Assembly (NCBI RefSeq): GCF_004010195.1
Contig: NC_057719.1
Location: 9,220,037-9,284,036, forward strand
From: Chiloscyllium plagiosum
Taxonomy: Eukaryota
Length of the DNA stretch: 64,000 nucleotides
Direction of reading: 5' to 3'
Below the pieces are notes generated by a model that was not told the origin of the DNA, made no database searches, and was given only the letters and a program-made list of their open reading frames with translations. Shown in pieces: positions 61,889 through 64,000 of this stretch. Position numbers and translations under genes: made by a program. Each line of letters begins with the position of its first letter. Position 1 is the stretch's first letter.

Positions 61889-62973
61889 CTTTGAAACCCA
61901 AGGTGTTGTCTCCAGAACAAACATGGTCACATTGAATGGCAAAGCAAGCATGATGGGCCAAATGGCCTACTTTTGCTCCTAATTCATGTGTTCACATCCA
62001 GGTCAATATTTCAGCTCTGCTACAAAGCTAGTAGAGTAGTGCTCATGTGATCTTGCATCATTCCCCATGATGTAAACTGTCTTATTTACATACTTGTGTT
62101 AACCCTTTAGATTACACTCACACCCTACTTCCAGGTCCATGGGAAATGATGAGAAAGTAACTGCCTTTTCATCAACTGATGAAAACCAGTGAAACTTTGG
62201 CTGTCAGCCTTATCCAGCCCCAACTTTTTTACGACTGACCAGCAGAATGTTTACAAAAAAAATGAAGGAAGTATTGCCAAAAAAAGACATTTTGTTGAAG
62301 CTTTTGGTCTTGCATTCAATCAGGACAATTTTCAAGAATTACAAACATAAAGAGAAAACAGTATTTTGCATTGTGTGAGAAAAGAGTGTTGATTGGTTTG
62401 AAATTGTTAGAGGTATTGCCAGGGAGAATGCGAGATGACAAACAGCATTCAAGTTTTAAAATTGCAACATTGTTTGAATTTGTTAAAATTTAAACAAAAT
62501 TTGTCATTTAACTGTCAGTAGTTATCTAACTGGTATATGCTCCATGGGAAAATGTCTCTAAATCAGCACCCACACAATCATATGAAGTCAGAGCAGGAGT
62601 AGACCATTCAGTCCCTCCTGCTTGCTCCACCATTCAAAAAGATCGTGGCTGGTCTGTTTTGCATTTTTAATGCCACATTCCCACTTACACATGACAACTG
62701 TAGTTCCCCTACCCAACAAGAATCTATACACCTCAATATTAAAACGTCCAATTCCCTGCCTTCCACCCCCATCCTAGTTAGAGGTCCAAAGTTGCACAAA
62801 CCTCTGAGTAAAAACATGAGCACTACTCTACTAGCTTTGTAGCAGAGTTGAAATATTGACCTGGATATGAGCACATGAATTAGGAGCAAGATTAGGCCAC
62901 TTGGCCCATCATGCTTGCTTTGTCATTCAATGTGACCATGTTTGTTCTGGAGACAAGACCCTGGGTTTCAAAG
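61889..62973. repeat. 160-bp inverted repeat pair (61889-62048 and 62814-62973)
   Basis: Arms are near-identical reverse complements separated by 765 bp. Confidence 0.9.
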
Positions 62974-63179
62974 TTCTGTCCACTTACAAGAGATCAGCAC
63001 GGTCTTCTCACACAGTGTAAAATGTTGTTTTTCCTTTACATTGCTATTTCTAGTAAATTGTCGTGATGAGTGCAATACAAGAGAGTCAACTAAACTTGTC
63101 TTCAGTAAGTTTGTAAAATCACAAAAAAAAACTGACGTTGTTGTAAAAAAAACGATCCAGTTCATTAGAGAAGGAAACG

Positions 63180-63490
63180 ATTACTTACTTACAGTGTGGA
63201 AACAGGCCCTTCAGCCCAACAAGTCCACACCGACCCTCCGAAGAACAACCCACCCAGACCCATTCCGCTGCATTTACCCCTTCACCTAACACTATGGGCA
63301 ATTTAGCGTGGTCAATTCACCTAACCTGCACATCTTTGGACTGTGGGAGGAAACCCAAGCACCTGGAGGAAACCCACGCAGACACAGGGAGAATGTGCAA
63401 ACTCCACACAGACAGTTGCCCGAGGTGGGAATTGAACCCGGGTCTGTGGCGCTGTGAGGCAGCAGTGCTAACCACTGCGCCACCGTGCCA
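63180..63490 (-). mobile_element. HE1-type V-SINE
   Basis: Near-consensus reverse copy. Confidence 0.92.
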
Positions 63491-63603
63491 TCTGTCATCT
63501 GATCTGACCAACTCCAGATCCACATCAATGAGCCTGACTCTTACCTGCTCTCTGAAATGGCCAGGAGATATTCAGCTCCAGGTATAGGGGATGAGTAGGG
63601 AAT

Positions 63604-63732
63604 GAGTTCTGAGGAAGGGTCACTGGACCTGAAACAGCAACTCTGATTTCTCTCCAAAGATGCTGCCTGACCTGCTGAGTTTTTCCGTGAATTTCCGTTT
63701 TTGTTTCTGATTTCCAGCATCCGCAGTTCTTT
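63604..63732 (+). mobile_element. PLE-like tail (family E) with hammerhead-like motif
   Basis: GAGTT CTGAGGA A GGGTC-ACTG-GACCT GAAAC AGC AACTC, then GATGCTGCCTGACCTGCTGAG. Confidence 0.65.
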
Positions 63733-64000
63733 AGGTTTTTGTGGGTAACAAATACTCGCCTTGCCTATGATGCCCAAATCCGGAACAGGAATGAAGGAAA
63801 ATGAAAACTATGTTCAATTAGCAGCTGGGACTTTTCCTGTTATGTTTTTGCTTGTAGCAGTGCCCTGGAAATTAATCTTCAATTCTTAGACTCAGGAGGA
63901 CACACACGGAGTGAGCCTTTCCGCACTGACACAGGTTGATCCTACACTAATGCTTCAACAGCTGGGTAAAATGTCAAAATCTCTTAAAAAGAAACACTGA

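Overview
Repeat-dominated vertebrate genomic DNA, almost certainly from a shark or other elasmobranch (about 15 HE1/V-SINE copies, HER1/CR1-type LINE fragments, Deu-domain SINE relics). I could not recognise any intact host protein-coding gene; the window reads as intergenic DNA or a large intron. Nearly all listed ORFs are translations of SINE, LINE, Penelope or microsatellite sequence. Contents: many 5'-truncated CR1 LINEs, a second CR1/L2-like LINE with a tRNA-headed SINE sharing its tail, one degenerate L1 ORF2 (57.9-60.9 kb), two assembly gaps, and about 20 short Penelope-like element (PLE) tail insertions. The strongest signal is that these PLE tails, from five or six different sequence families, carry minimal hammerhead ribozyme motifs (CUGAnGA-stem II-GAAA-palindromic stem III). 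They often sit as fold-back hairpins between 10-16 bp target-site duplications, with junctions clustered at the ribozyme. Other points are a six-copy array of tRNA-like SINE heads next to a CpG-enriched non-repeat segment, two pairs of ungapped diverged non-coding duplicates, a 160-bp inverted duplication and several tandem duplications. Repeat boundaries were read by eye and are approximate unless a TSD is given.
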